DNA of 64,000 nucleotides from Deltaproteobacteria bacterium (GCA_052390235.1 JBQTHB010000006.1:96001-160000); one strand, 5' to 3'. Shown: positions 9,028 through 19,375, numbered from the stretch's first letter. Numbers and translations: made by a program. Notes: generated by a model from the letters alone, not told the origin.

Positions 9028-10878
9028 ATGAGAAGATTAACTCTATTCATCCTAGGCACAGTGCTCTGCCTCTCGGCGGCGGCTATGGATGCGCGCTCCG
9101 AATCCGGGGCAGAATATAGGCTCAACTACAAAAAAAGCGAAGATTCCAAAACGAGCCTCAAAATACGAAGCGTAGCTAACCGGATGAAATCCATGGGCGC
9201 CGCTCGGAGCAAATCGGGGAATTTCAAGCTCGAAGCCCTCTCAACCCCCTTAGTCAAAGTAAACCCGCAGGGAGACATCGAGGCGTATATTCACATCAGC
9301 CGCTGGAGCGATGAGAATCTAGCGACTCTCGCATCTCTCGGCGCGGAGATACAACTGAGGGTAGAGAAATATTCCCTTGTCCTCGCGTGGATTCCATTTG
9401 AGAGCTTAGGCGAAATCGAGAACCTCAGCTTCGTAAAGAAAATCACCCCTCCGAGCTACGGCAGGTCCCGCGTTGGGTCGGTAAACACCCAGGGCGATGC
9501 CGTAATCAACGCAAACGACGTGAGAGCGGGCCTAGGATTCGACGGAAGCGGAGTGCGCGTCGGGATAATTTCGGACGGAATTGAGACTATTTCCTCCTCT
9601 GTTTCGGATGGCGACATCCCAAGCGGCGTCATCGTGGGCAACGCCGGAGACGGAGACGAGGGAACGGCTCTTTTAGAGATAGTTCACGACGTTGCTCCGG
9701 GGGCGACGCTCGCATTCTCGACGGGCAATAACTCGGCCCTGTTCGTCAATGCGGTGAATTTTCTCGTCGGCATCGGGGCGGACATTATAGTTGACGACCT
9801 TGGGTTCTTGGGAGAGCCGTTTTTCGAGGATGGCATGCTAGCCGAAGAGGCTGAAGACGCCGTCGCCGCGGGGGTGGTTTTCGTCTCGGCGGCGGGGAAC
9901 GACGCAGACCAGCACTACCAGGGGTTCTACGCCGATTCAAACCCCGGAGGCGGAGATAACAACCGCCACGACTTCGGATTCGCCTCAGGGGGAGGCTCAG
10001 ATGCCGCAATGCGGATACAAATCCCCCCGCTGCAAACCGTTCTAGTTGTGCTACAGTGGAACGACCCTTTCGGCAATTCCAGCAACGACTACGACCTTTT
10101 TTTGTTTAATCCGTCAACGGGCGAGGTAATTGACTCTAGCGTGGACGTGCAAAACGGAGACGACGACCCCATCGAAACAGCCATAGCGCAGAACACAAGC
10201 TCAGGCGCGTCCCTTGCTGTTGATGTAGTCATCAACCGATTCGCAGGGCAGTCGAGAACCCTTGAGATACTCTTCAATGGGCCGGTTTTCCCTCAGGAGT
10301 TCAACACCCCAGAAGACAGCGTATTCGGACACCCTGCCGCATCGTCCGTAATTGCCGTTGGAGCGGTTCCGGCGAATAATCCGAACAGCGCCGAGGTATT
10401 TAGCGCGAGGGGCCCGGTGTCAATATTCTTCCCCTTTTTCGAGTCGAGACCGAAGCCTGAGGTCGTTGCGCCAGATAGGGTCTCAACGGGAGTCGCGGGG
10501 TTTAGCCCCTTTGTCGGCACTTCGGCCGCCGCGCCGCACGTTGCAGGGGTGGTAGCTTTGATGCTTGAAGCTGACCCGACGCTCTCGCCTTCGGGGGTGG
10601 CAAATATCTTGGGGATTACCGCAGTGGATTTGGGTGCGGCGGGATTTGATAACCTCTTCGGCTTCGGTAGGGTTGACGCCTTTGGGGCGGTGTCGTTCAT
10701 TGACCCGGACGACAATGGCGGGGGCGACGACGGGGGAAGCGAGTCGAGCGGGTGCGCTCTGGCATCTGGGGGCGGCAGTGCGGCGGCGGGGATTTTAAAT
10801 ATGCTTATATTCTCAATTCCGGCGGTCATTGCCGGCGCGAGGGGATACGCGAGATTGAGGATACGGGATTCAAAATAA
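9028..10878 (+). CDS. Secreted subtilase (S8/S53-like) with C-terminal Cys-containing membrane anchor
   Basis: Signal peptide, prodomain, GIISDG, DEGTALLEIVHDVAPGA, SAAGN, GTSAAAPHVAG; tail GG..SSGC + hydrophobic helix + basic residues. Confidence 0.85.
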   Translation: MRRLTLFILGTVLCLSAAAMDARSESGAEYRLNYKKSEDSKTSLKIRSVANRMKSMGAARSKSGNFKLEALSTPLVKVNPQGDIEAYIHISRWSDENLATLASLGAEIQLRVEKYSLVLAWIPFESLGEIENLSFVKKITPPSYGRSRVGSVNTQGDAVINANDVRAGLGFDGSGVRVGIISDGIETISSSVSDGDIPSGVIVGNAGDGDEGTALLEIVHDVAPGATLAFSTGNNSALFVNAVNFLVGIGADIIVDDLGFLGEPFFEDGMLAEEAEDAVAAGVVFVSAAGNDADQHYQGFYADSNPGGGDNNRHDFGFASGGGSDAAMRIQIPPLQTVLVVLQWNDPFGNSSNDYDLFLFNPSTGEVIDSSVDVQNGDDDPIETAIAQNTSSGASLAVDVVINRFAGQSRTLEILFNGPVFPQEFNTPEDSVFGHPAASSVIAVGAVPANNPNSAEVFSARGPVSIFFPFFESRPKPEVVAPDRVSTGVAGFSPFVGTSAAAPHVAGVVALMLEADPTLSPSGVANILGITAVDLGAAGFDNLFGFGRVDAFGAVSFIDPDDNGGGDDGGSESSGCALASGGGSAAAGILNMLIFSIPAVIAGARGYARLRIRDSK

Positions 10879-11025
10879 AGACGAGAGAAGAGCGACACTC
10901 CCCTCTGCTGTTCAGGGGGGGGCGATGCCCTGTGGCATTTGGTGGTGATTATAGCGCTATGAACGGGCGAGATGGCATCCGCGCATCAAAGAAAAGCGGC
11001 ATTGCTGAAACAACACACGATTTAA

Positions 11026-12945
11026 CTATGCGCCAAGCTCAAGCGTGATGCGCCGGCGCTCGACGTCGGCTTCAATAACCCGAACCCGAACCTCGTCGCC
11101 TATTTCAAAACGCTTGCCCCTTTTTATCTTCTCCCTCGGCACAAAACCCTCGACGAAAATATCCTTGAGTTCAACGAATATGCCGAACTGAAGCGCGCTT
11201 ATGACTAGCCCGTCGAAATCCTCGCCGACGTGGGTTTTCATCATATACACGCGCTCAAGTTTTACCGCCTCGCGCTCGACCTCGGCTGAGAACCTCTCTT
11301 TCACAGAGCAGTGGTTCGCCATCCAATCAAGCGACTGCTCATCATAGGGGGAATTTCTCCCATCCACGAGGGAGGTAACGATTCTATGGACGATTAAATC
11401 AGGATAGCGTCTTATGGGCGAGGTAAAATGGGTGTAATTATTGAGCGCAAGCCCGAAATGCCCCTTCGTCTCGGTTGAATAAATTGCCCGTTTCAGCGAG
11501 CGCAGAATCATCGTATTTACGGCAAGCTCCAGAGCCGTTCCCTTGGATTGGAAAAAGACCTTTTGAATGTCCTCCGGCTTCACGCTCCGCTCGATGTTCA
11601 GATAAATCCCAAGCCTCTTGAGGTCTAAGGAAAGCTCTTTTATCGAGGCAAAATCCGGCGTCTCGTGGATTCGGTAAATCGAGGGGACTTTCGCGCTCAG
11701 GGTGAACGAGGCGGCGGCGTTATTTGCCGAAATCATAAACTCTTCAATGATTCCCATGGCGACGTTGCGCTCAGCTTTGACCACGTCAACAGTTCTGCCG
11801 CGCTCATCGCGCACGAGCTGCGGTTCGGGGATGTCGAAATCAAGCCCTCCGCGCTCGATGCGGCGCCCCCTGATTTTCTCATAAAGCTCCTTCATCACCC
11901 TTAGGCTCTCGACCAGTTCCCTGTCTTTTTTGAGGATTCGCTTCTTCTCGAAAAGCGCGGATACCTGCGAATAAGTGAGGCGGTGTCGGCTTCGGATGAC
12001 GCTTGCGTATATTCTATATGAGGTCATAGCGCCGAGCGCGTCAAACTCCATCTCAACCGTCTTTGTCGCCCTATCCTCGTTCGGGACGAGGCTGCAAATC
12101 CAATCCGAGAGCCTCTCAGGGAGCATCGGCACAACCTGCATGGGCAGATAAGTGCTTGTGGCGCGCCGGAGAGCTTCGTTGTCAATTTCGCTTCCCGGTT
12201 TAACGTAATGAGAAACGTCCGCTATCGAGACCGTGAGCCTGTAGCCCGCGCCGACGCGCTCAATTCCAACGGCGTCGTCAAAGTCCCGCGCGGTATCGTT
12301 GTCTATCGTAACAATCAAACTGCCGCGAAGGTCAGCCCTCTGCGCCAAGACCTCAGGGGAAATCGTGTCGGAAATCGAATCGGACTCCCTAACCGCCTCA
12401 GGCGCGAACGCATCGGGAAGGCTGAATTCGACGAAAAGCCCCTTCTTTTCAACCTCCAGACCCCCCGCTTTTCCAAGCACCTCGACCACGTGCGCCGAAG
12501 GACGGGGTCTCGAAGATTGCGTCTGGGACAGCTCAGCCACGACTAGGCTCTGGCTCCTCACCCCCTTGACTTCGCTGAGTTGAACTGGAATCGGCGGCAT
12601 TTTCGAGTTCCTAGGCACTATCACTCCGGTTTTGCCAGTTCTGATAAAAGTGCCGAGCATTTTCCCAGCCTCGGCTAGCGGGCGCGCCGGTTTGAGTATC
12701 GGCTTGGGGGCTTCGCGCTCCTTCAGAGGTTTCGCGGCTGCTGCGCCATATTCCCCTAGGGTGTATCTTCCGCCCTGAATTCTCTTGATTGACTCCTCCC
12801 GAACGAGCCTTTTGAGCAGTTTTTTGAGACCCTTGCGGGAGTCCCTCGGCACTCCGAGGCGGCGAGCCAGCTCGCTTACTGTCATCGGCTGGTAGGAGCG
12901 GCTGTCCATGAGTTTAACTATTTCTTTAGTCTGCGGGAGTTTCAT
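11026..12945 (-). CDS. rnr: Ribonuclease R (RNB family)
   Basis: N-terminal HTH, IDNDTARDFDDA catalytic motif, HFTSPIRRYPDL, C-terminal S1 domain. Confidence 0.9.
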   Translation of the reverse strand: MKLPQTKEIVKLMDSRSYQPMTVSELARRLGVPRDSRKGLKKLLKRLVREESIKRIQGGRYTLGEYGAAAAKPLKEREAPKPILKPARPLAEAGKMLGTFIRTGKTGVIVPRNSKMPPIPVQLSEVKGVRSQSLVVAELSQTQSSRPRPSAHVVEVLGKAGGLEVEKKGLFVEFSLPDAFAPEAVRESDSISDTISPEVLAQRADLRGSLIVTIDNDTARDFDDAVGIERVGAGYRLTVSIADVSHYVKPGSEIDNEALRRATSTYLPMQVVPMLPERLSDWICSLVPNEDRATKTVEMEFDALGAMTSYRIYASVIRSRHRLTYSQVSALFEKKRILKKDRELVESLRVMKELYEKIRGRRIERGGLDFDIPEPQLVRDERGRTVDVVKAERNVAMGIIEEFMISANNAAASFTLSAKVPSIYRIHETPDFASIKELSLDLKRLGIYLNIERSVKPEDIQKVFFQSKGTALELAVNTMILRSLKRAIYSTETKGHFGLALNNYTHFTSPIRRYPDLIVHRIVTSLVDGRNSPYDEQSLDWMANHCSVKERFSAEVEREAVKLERVYMMKTHVGEDFDGLVISALQFGIFVELKDIFVEGFVPREKIKRGKRFEIGDEVRVRVIEADVERRRITLELGA

Positions 12946-13120
12946 CGGGATGGCTCTGTGGCGTATCGCGCATTAAATTAGACAATTATCGAGGGGCGTT
13001 ATCACAACCCCGTTAGAATTACACATTAAGCCGATGGGCGCAAGTGGCTTGGATTTGTAATTATGAAATATTCAGATAAAATCCACGTTGCGTTCAATAA
13101 TTAATTGCCTGAGGTAGAAA

Positions 13121-13309
13121 ATGCTAAAGACGAACATACTCGGAAGTGTCCTCATCTGCTCGGTTCTGTTTTCAATTATCGCGTATCTGTTCTCGCTGGC
13201 GATTGACATAAATTGGCCCATGTATTTTAGAATCGTAGGGGTTGTCGCAGTTATCGCCCTCATAATAGCAGTTTTGGCTAGAGAGGGCGGCAAGGGACAT
13301 AGCCACTAA
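13121..13309 (+). CDS. Small two-helix membrane protein, hypothetical
   Basis: 62 aa with two hydrophobic segments, GAGG SD upstream, lies in an intergenic gap. Confidence 0.55.
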   Translation: MLKTNILGSVLICSVLFSIIAYLFSLAIDINWPMYFRIVGVVAVIALIIAVLAREGGKGHSH

Positions 13310-13416
13310 CCCCCAGAACCCGCTCGGAATCAAGTACACGACTGAAATCCGCCCCAATCTCACAAGCAAGAGAGAAGCTCTGCTCCCCGCAGAATCGTGG
13401 GGCGCGCCCGATGTTG

Positions 13417-14013
13417 CTAATTGGCATATTTCACTGAACATCCATAGGGCTTGGTCTCGGAAACCAACACCGCTCTGCCCGAAGCCACCTCGCCGAGGGC
13501 TCTATCAACGTAATTGAGCGGAGCTTTGCTAGAGCCGGAGGGGTCATCGTCTATCGCGCCCTCATAGACCACTTTTCTCGATTTATCGAGTATAAACAGA
13601 TGAGGCGTAGTCTGAGCCGAGTACCTCTTTCCCACGTTGCCCGCGTGGTCATCGAGAATCGGATAGGCGACTCCGTAGCTTGCGGCCCAGTTTTTATTGT
13701 CATTCACATCCATGTAGCGCGTGGAGTTTACGGCGAGCCACGCAACGTCCTTCCCATATTTTTCGGCAAGAGTGGTCATGGTTTTTGATTTATAATGGCG
13801 CTGAACGAACGGGCAGTCCGGGTTTGTCCACTCAAGCACGACGATTTTCCCGTCATAGTCCGAGAGTTTTACGGTCTTGCCGTTTTGGTCGAGAAGCTCA
13901 AAATCCGACGCCGGCGCGCCCTGGGCAACTTTGGACTCGGCTAACGGGCTAAATGTAAAATGCAGGGCGGCGAGAATAAATAAGGTCGCAAGCAGCAGTG
14001 CGTTTCGTTTCAT
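13417..14013 (-). CDS. Exported AhpC/TSA redoxin (thioredoxin-fold) protein
   Basis: Signal peptide; DFELLDQNGKTVKLSDY, EWTNPDCPFV, TTPHLF, YEGAIDD, PYGCSVKY; SD AGGAGG. Confidence 0.85.
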   Translation of the reverse strand: MKRNALLLATLFILAALHFTFSPLAESKVAQGAPASDFELLDQNGKTVKLSDYDGKIVVLEWTNPDCPFVQRHYKSKTMTTLAEKYGKDVAWLAVNSTRYMDVNDNKNWAASYGVAYPILDDHAGNVGKRYSAQTTPHLFILDKSRKVVYEGAIDDDPSGSSKAPLNYVDRALGEVASGRAVLVSETKPYGCSVKYAN

Positions 14014-14039
14014 AACGTCCTCCTAAATATAGAAATTTT

Positions 14040-14921
14040 CTATAGCCTCTCACGAGAGCGAAGCGGAATGGCGAGAGTTACTCCCCTCGTGTCCCCCCCC
14101 TCGCCCCTGTATGCGACGACGGTCTCCAGCGCCTCGGATGAGAGCTTCTGCCCAGAATAAACCCTAGCCGAGAAAGTAATTAGAGTACGCCCGCCCTCGT
14201 GCTGAACCGAGAGATTGTCAACGGCTAAAGCCCCTTCGGGAGCGGGGAGCAAATCCACCCACGACGGCGCAACCTTCCAATCGAGAACAACTGAGAAATT
14301 CCCACTGCTGCCGCCGTCAACACCTCCGGCTATTTTCGATTTAAACGGGGCTTTAGGCGAGTCCATGCGAACCGGAAGCCGTCCCTGCCAGAGGCGAAAC
14401 AGCTCGGAATTAGCGGGAGCGGCAGATTTTGCGGCCGAGAGCGTCATCCGAAGCTCGGTTTTACCCGGCAGGCACACATCATCGCAGCTCACCCACGAGA
14501 CTTTGGCGCGAATTGGGATGTCGGAATCAAACGAGAGGTTTTTCGGAGATTTAACACTCGCAAAGAGCATGACGGAATTTTCATAGCCGTAATCCGCAGT
14601 TCCGCCGGAGCGATTGAAGCTCGCGGGCGTGGGCCATTGGATTTCACCTGCCTCAAACCCGTCGGGGAGGGTCAGGGCAATGGAAGTCGGAAGCCCCGAA
14701 GAGCCTGAGTTTTTCCAGTAGATATGCCAGCCGGGGTCAAGATGAAACAGCACTCCAAGGGTGAACGCCGCCCCAGGCTTCACAGCGGCGACATCCGAGA
14801 CGAGTTTAGCCCTTATCGGATGGGGCGGCTCGGCAAATACGGCGGACGATAGGCAAAAGAGCAGGGCGAATAGGGCTATCAATAATTTGAATTTGGTCAT
14901 GGCTGAGAATCGGGGGTTCAT
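14040..14921 (-). CDS. DsbD N-terminal-like (protein-disulfide reductase domain) exported protein
   Basis: Signal peptide; GWHIYWKNSGSSGLP, WPTP, WVSCDDVCLP. Confidence 0.8.
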   Translation of the reverse strand: MNPRFSAMTKFKLLIALFALLFCLSSAVFAEPPHPIRAKLVSDVAAVKPGAAFTLGVLFHLDPGWHIYWKNSGSSGLPTSIALTLPDGFEAGEIQWPTPASFNRSGGTADYGYENSVMLFASVKSPKNLSFDSDIPIRAKVSWVSCDDVCLPGKTELRMTLSAAKSAAPANSELFRLWQGRLPVRMDSPKAPFKSKIAGGVDGGSSGNFSVVLDWKVAPSWVDLLPAPEGALAVDNLSVQHEGGRTLITFSARVYSGQKLSSEALETVVAYRGEGGDTRGVTLAIPLRSRERL

Positions 14922-14969
14922 TAGCGGGGCTGGCTCAAGTCATGGCGGGGCAGAGTCCGATGTGCGCTA

Positions 14970-15254
14970 TTAATCAAAATCAAACAGCTCGCCGAGAAAT
15001 CCCTTTTTCTTGCGGCGGCGCCCATCCCTGTCGTAGTCGTCATCGTGATCCCCCCTCCGCTCATAGGGGCGCGAATCTTCCCTCGTGGGCGCGCTCTTGG
15101 GCTTGCTTTCGGCAAATGACGCAGACCGCTCGATGATTTTATCTAGCTCTCCGCGGTCAAGCCACACCCCTCGGCACTGAGGGCAGTAGTCAATCTCCAC
15201 GCCCTGCCTGTCCGCCATTACAAGCGCGACGCTGCTGCATTCTGGACATTCCAT
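14970..15254 (-). CDS. zf-TFIIB zinc-ribbon protein
   Basis: CPEC...GVEIDYCPQCRGVWLDRGELDKII...KKKGFLGELFDF; SD AAGGAG. Confidence 0.88.
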   Translation of the reverse strand: MECPECSSVALVMADRQGVEIDYCPQCRGVWLDRGELDKIIERSASFAESKPKSAPTREDSRPYERRGDHDDDYDRDGRRRKKKGFLGELFDFD

Positions 15255-15358
15255 TGCGGGTTACTCCTTTTCATTTTTAGTTTTAGGTCATGAAGAGTAT
15301 TAAGCACGACTCTGGCGAAGTAAAGCGAAATTTTCGAGCTAGGGGAAATTAAATTAAT

Positions 15359-16666
15359 CTACTTGCGGCGCGATTTCCAGAGATTTGCGAGGTGTTTTTT
15401 GATATTTGCCTCTCTGCCCAGCTCCGTCGGCTCGTAGTAAATTCTGTCCCGAAGCTCGTCGGGGAGGTAACTCTGCTCGCTGAAGTGGCGGTCGTAGTCG
15501 TGGGAATATTTATAATCTTTGGCGTATCCAATATCCTTCATGAGCCTCGTAGGGGCGTTCCTAAGGTGCAGGGGAACGGGGAGATTCGGCTTTTGGCGCA
15601 CGTCGGATATTGCCTTTTCGACGGCGAGATAGGCGGCGTTGCTCTTGGGACAGGAGGCGAGATAAATTGCCGTCTGCGATAGAATTATCCGCGCCTCAGG
15701 CATTCCAACCGAGTCCACGGCGGTAAAACAGGCGGCGGCAAGCGAGAGGGCGTAGGGTTCGGCGTTGCCTATGTCTTCGGAGGCTAGGACGATGAGCCTT
15801 CGGGCGATGAATTTTACGTCTTCTCCCGCCTCTAGCATCCGCGCCAAATAATAAACTGCGGCGTCGGGGTCGCTCCCTCGCACGCTTTTTATAAATGCCG
15901 AAATGGAGTTGTGATGCTCCTCGCCGGCTCTGTCGTACTTGTAATGGGCGGTTTGAAAGGCGTCTTGGATATGGCTCTTTAGGATTTTTCTCTCGTCTCC
16001 GGCAAGGGATGCCGCCGCTTCAATGGCGCTCAGCATGACTCTGGCATCCCCGCCTGAGAGGTTTATAAGGGCGGATTTGGCTTCGGAATCAAGCTCCACA
16101 CCCCGAAAAGAGGCATCGCGGGCAAAAGCCCCTGCCAGCACTGCCTCAAGGTCTGCCCCGTCCAGAGGGTTTAGCGTATAGACCCTGCACCGCGAGAGCA
16201 AAGGGGATATGACCTCGAACGAGGGATTCTCCGTCGTAGCCCCGATGAGCGTGAGCCATCCCCTCTCGACACTCTCAAGGAGGGCGTCTTGCTGGGATTT
16301 GTTGAATCGGTGGATTTCGTCAATGAATAGAATAGTCCGCCTTCCCGCCTTCTGCCGCTCCGAGGCGGATGCGATAATCTCCCGAAGCTCCTTAACCCCT
16401 GAGGAAATCGCGTTGATTTGAACGAACTCGGCATCGCATTCGGCGGCGATGAGGCGCGCCAAAGTGGTTTTCCCGGAACCGGGGGGGCCCCAGAGAATCA
16501 TCGAGGGCGGGAAGGCGGATTGAATTAATCTCCGTATTACGCCCCGCGCCCCCGTAAGATGGCTCTGTCCGATAAATTCATCGAGGTTTCGAGGGCGCAT
16601 TCTCTCTGCCAGCGGCGGGGGGATAAGGGGATGCGAGCCGTGAGGGTCAGGGGGATTTTTAGCCAT
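15359..16666 (-). CDS. rarA: Replication-associated recombination protein A
   Basis: PLAERMRP, WGPPGSGKTT, FIDEIHRFNKSQQD, GATTENPSF, KSVRGSDPDAA, VPLHLRNAPT. ATG 16666 chosen as start. Confidence 0.93.
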   Translation of the reverse strand: MAKNPPDPHGSHPLIPPPLAERMRPRNLDEFIGQSHLTGARGVIRRLIQSAFPPSMILWGPPGSGKTTLARLIAAECDAEFVQINAISSGVKELREIIASASERQKAGRRTILFIDEIHRFNKSQQDALLESVERGWLTLIGATTENPSFEVISPLLSRCRVYTLNPLDGADLEAVLAGAFARDASFRGVELDSEAKSALINLSGGDARVMLSAIEAAASLAGDERKILKSHIQDAFQTAHYKYDRAGEEHHNSISAFIKSVRGSDPDAAVYYLARMLEAGEDVKFIARRLIVLASEDIGNAEPYALSLAAACFTAVDSVGMPEARIILSQTAIYLASCPKSNAAYLAVEKAISDVRQKPNLPVPLHLRNAPTRLMKDIGYAKDYKYSHDYDRHFSEQSYLPDELRDRIYYEPTELGREANIKKHLANLWKSRRK

Positions 16667-16829
16667 GAACAAAGATTAGATTGAGAAAAATAAGAAATCA
16701 ATTCTCAGGCGGAGTGGACGGGGCAGTCCGAATTTTTTCATTTTTAGGCGTAACCCTTGACAAATATTAATGAATTTACTAAATTTCAACTCTAATTCAT
16801 CGCAATCCCCCAAAGAGGCAACTACCATA

Positions 16830-17120
16830 ATGAAGAGATCCGAGCTTGAGAGAGAACTGGCGGCGAAATTTAACCTTCAGCCCAAACAATCCGAGCAGAT
16901 AATTGATACGATAATTGACCACATGACCCAAGTCCTACAAGAGGGAGAGAGAATAGAAATCAGAGGATTCGGCAGTTTCTTTACCAAAAACTACAAGCCC
17001 TACACCGGCAGAAACCCAAGAACCGGCGAAGTCGTCGAGGTATCCACAAAAAAACTCCCGCACTTCAGACCCAGCAAAGAGCTAATTACAAAGCTCAATG
17101 GCGAGGACGGAGACTCATAA
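16830..17120 (+). CDS. ihfB: Integration host factor beta / HU-family DNA-binding protein
   Basis: GERIEIRGFGSF...GRNPRTGEVV...PHFRPSKEL; ATG 16830 with GAGG upstream. Confidence 0.8.
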   Translation: MKRSELERELAAKFNLQPKQSEQIIDTIIDHMTQVLQEGERIEIRGFGSFFTKNYKPYTGRNPRTGEVVEVSTKKLPHFRPSKELITKLNGEDGDS

Positions 17121-17317
17121 GGGGGCACTCGCTCTTAGCGTTAGGCATCGGATTAAACTTGAGAAAACCCCGCAAAATTCTGCTACACTATAGCTCCGCC
17201 AAGGGGTGCCCGCGCCCTGTTCGGATAAACATTTATCGCGGTCAAGCGTCCGATAGCAAGCCAGAGATGGATGGGAGAATTTCGAGTCTGTATTCTATAA
17301 ATTAACGGGAGAGGTTT

Positions 17318-18253
17318 ATGTCAGGAGAGATATGGTTTTGGGTAGGATTTAATTTATTTGTCGTCGCGATGCTGGTCTTAGACCTCGGGGTATTCAACCG
17401 CAAATCCCACACAATAGAGGTCAAAGAGGCTCTCGTCTGGAGCGGCGTTTGGGTGGGTCTCGCGCTTATTTTCAACGTGATAGTCTATTTTTGGAAGGGG
17501 CCCGAATTGGCGCTCCAGTTCCTCGCCGGCTATCTAATTGAAGAGTCCCTCAGCGTGGACAACTTATTTGTGTTTTTGCTGATATTTTCATACTTCCGCG
17601 TGCCGCCAATTTACCAGCATAAGGTGCTTTTCTGGGGAATTATCGGGGCAATTGTGATGCGGGCGATATTTATCTTCGCGGGGATTTCGCTCATCGAGAG
17701 GTTTCATTGGATAATTTACCTATTCGGGGCATTCCTAATTTTCAGCGGCATAAAGCTCGCCCTCGAAAAGGATAAAGTACTTCAGCCGGAGAAAAACCCG
17801 TTGCTGAAACTCTTCCGCCGCCTAATGCCGGTTACGGACGACTACGTTGACGGCAAATTTTTAATCAAGCAGGGGGGTAAGTACGTCGCCACCCCACTTC
17901 TGGTCGTACTCGTCGTGGTTGAAACTACGGACGTTATGTTCGCCCTCGACTCAATTCCCGCGATTTTAGCCATCACAACCGACCCGTTTATCGTCTATAC
18001 GTCCAATATTTTTGCCATCATGGGGCTTCGCTCAATATACTTCGCCCTCGCTGGAATAATGAAACTTTTCCACTACCTCCACTACGGGCTTTCATTCATA
18101 CTCGTGTTCGTGGGGATTAAGATGATTCTGGCGAGCTATGTGAAAATCCCCGTGGAAATTGCGCTGGGAGTGATTGCCGGAACGCTTGCAATATCGGTTA
18201 TAGCCTCGATAATGTATCCGAAAAAGGACGGGTCGCCGATAGCGCCTCACTGA
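17318..18253 (+). CDS. TerC/Alx-family membrane protein
   Basis: YLIEESLSVDNLFVF, QHKVLFWGIIGA, ETTDVMFALDSIPA, TSNIFAIMGLRS. Confidence 0.92.
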   Translation: MSGEIWFWVGFNLFVVAMLVLDLGVFNRKSHTIEVKEALVWSGVWVGLALIFNVIVYFWKGPELALQFLAGYLIEESLSVDNLFVFLLIFSYFRVPPIYQHKVLFWGIIGAIVMRAIFIFAGISLIERFHWIIYLFGAFLIFSGIKLALEKDKVLQPEKNPLLKLFRRLMPVTDDYVDGKFLIKQGGKYVATPLLVVLVVVETTDVMFALDSIPAILAITTDPFIVYTSNIFAIMGLRSIYFALAGIMKLFHYLHYGLSFILVFVGIKMILASYVKIPVEIALGVIAGTLAISVIASIMYPKKDGSPIAPH

Positions 18254-18463
18254 TTTGCGATGCGGGGCGCGGGAGTCCATTTTTATTCAACGTGGGCGGA
18301 GAGTCGGGTCATCCATTCACGTTGAAATGTATGCCGAACTGCCACAGGATAGCAATTAGGCTCTGGCAAATAGTGAAACTTAAAGCTAATTTCAGCCATA
18401 CGCGCTTCGCGAATCGCTATAAAATAAATAGAAATCGAGCGGCGGCGCTGGTATTATAAAACC

Positions 18464-19375
18464 GTGAGTCCAATCAATAACAAGGGCAGCAAAAAAAAGG
18501 GGAAGCTAATTCCCTTTCTCGTAGCCTCGGCGCTGTTTCACATACTGCTTTTTCTGCTTATCCTGCTCTACGCGGCGGTTTTTGTGCCTTTAGAGGATAG
18601 AAACAAGCCGCAGTTCGTCGAGATAACTGAACTCCCAGTGCCGAAGGAAAAGGAGACCGCGCCGCCGAAGGAAACTAAACGCCTCGCCGAGCGCTCAAGG
18701 CAGGTGCCGGAGGAGAAGACAAAAGACGATTTCACCAAACTTGGCAATCCCACTCCTCCCGCCGTTCAGCCCAAACAGCCCCAAGTCCAGCAGAAGCGCC
18801 AGGAGGCTAAGAAATCCGAGCCTAAGAAAGAGCGCGCAGAGAAATCCACTAAAAAAAACCCTCAGATAGCCTCGCTCCCGAAGGACATTGAGGCGAATTC
18901 CGAGCCTATAGCCGAGAAATCCAAGAATCAGGAACAGCCCAAAACCGTAACCACGCGAGACCTCTTCAGTCAGCGCAGAGAGCAAATCGCGCAGGCAAAC
19001 CCTGAGGAGTTTCAAGGCTCGCGCGAGGGCAAGCGAGAGGACACGGTTGACCTTAACACGACGGAATTTAAATACCTCTCATATTTTCTTAAGCTCAAGC
19101 GGCAAATCGAGGGCGTGTGGAATTACCCCGAAGCCTCGAGAGCCAGAGGCGAGCAAGGAGAGCTTTTTCTCGTATTCACCATCAGAAAAGACGGCTACTT
19201 AGAAGAGGTGAATCTGCGGGATTCATCAGGATATGTGCGCCTCGACGACGAAGCCCTGAGGGCAATCCGGGTGGCGGCGCCTTTTAGCCCGTTTCCCCCA
19301 AGCTGGGGACTCGATAGATTAAACATCAGAGCGGTGTTTCAATACCGCATGAGCTTCGGTTGGAATCTGAGATAG
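18464..19375 (+). CDS. TonB-family energy transducer
   Basis: N-terminal TM helix with SxxxH (SALFH), Pro/Lys-rich linker, C-terminal YPEAS...SSG...LDDEALRAI...PFSPFP. Confidence 0.85.
   Translation: MSPINNKGSKKKGKLIPFLVASALFHILLFLLILLYAAVFVPLEDRNKPQFVEITELPVPKEKETAPPKETKRLAERSRQVPEEKTKDDFTKLGNPTPPAVQPKQPQVQQKRQEAKKSEPKKERAEKSTKKNPQIASLPKDIEANSEPIAEKSKNQEQPKTVTTRDLFSQRREQIAQANPEEFQGSREGKREDTVDLNTTEFKYLSYFLKLKRQIEGVWNYPEASRARGEQGELFLVFTIRKDGYLEEVNLRDSSGYVRLDDEALRAIRVAAPFSPFPPSWGLDRLNIRAVFQYRMSFGWNLR

Noticed and set aside
18286..18326. Inverted repeat TTCAACGTG...CACGTTGAA after terC
   Set aside because: Single copy with no U-tract; most simply a 3' hairpin, with no evidence for an ncRNA or mobile element.
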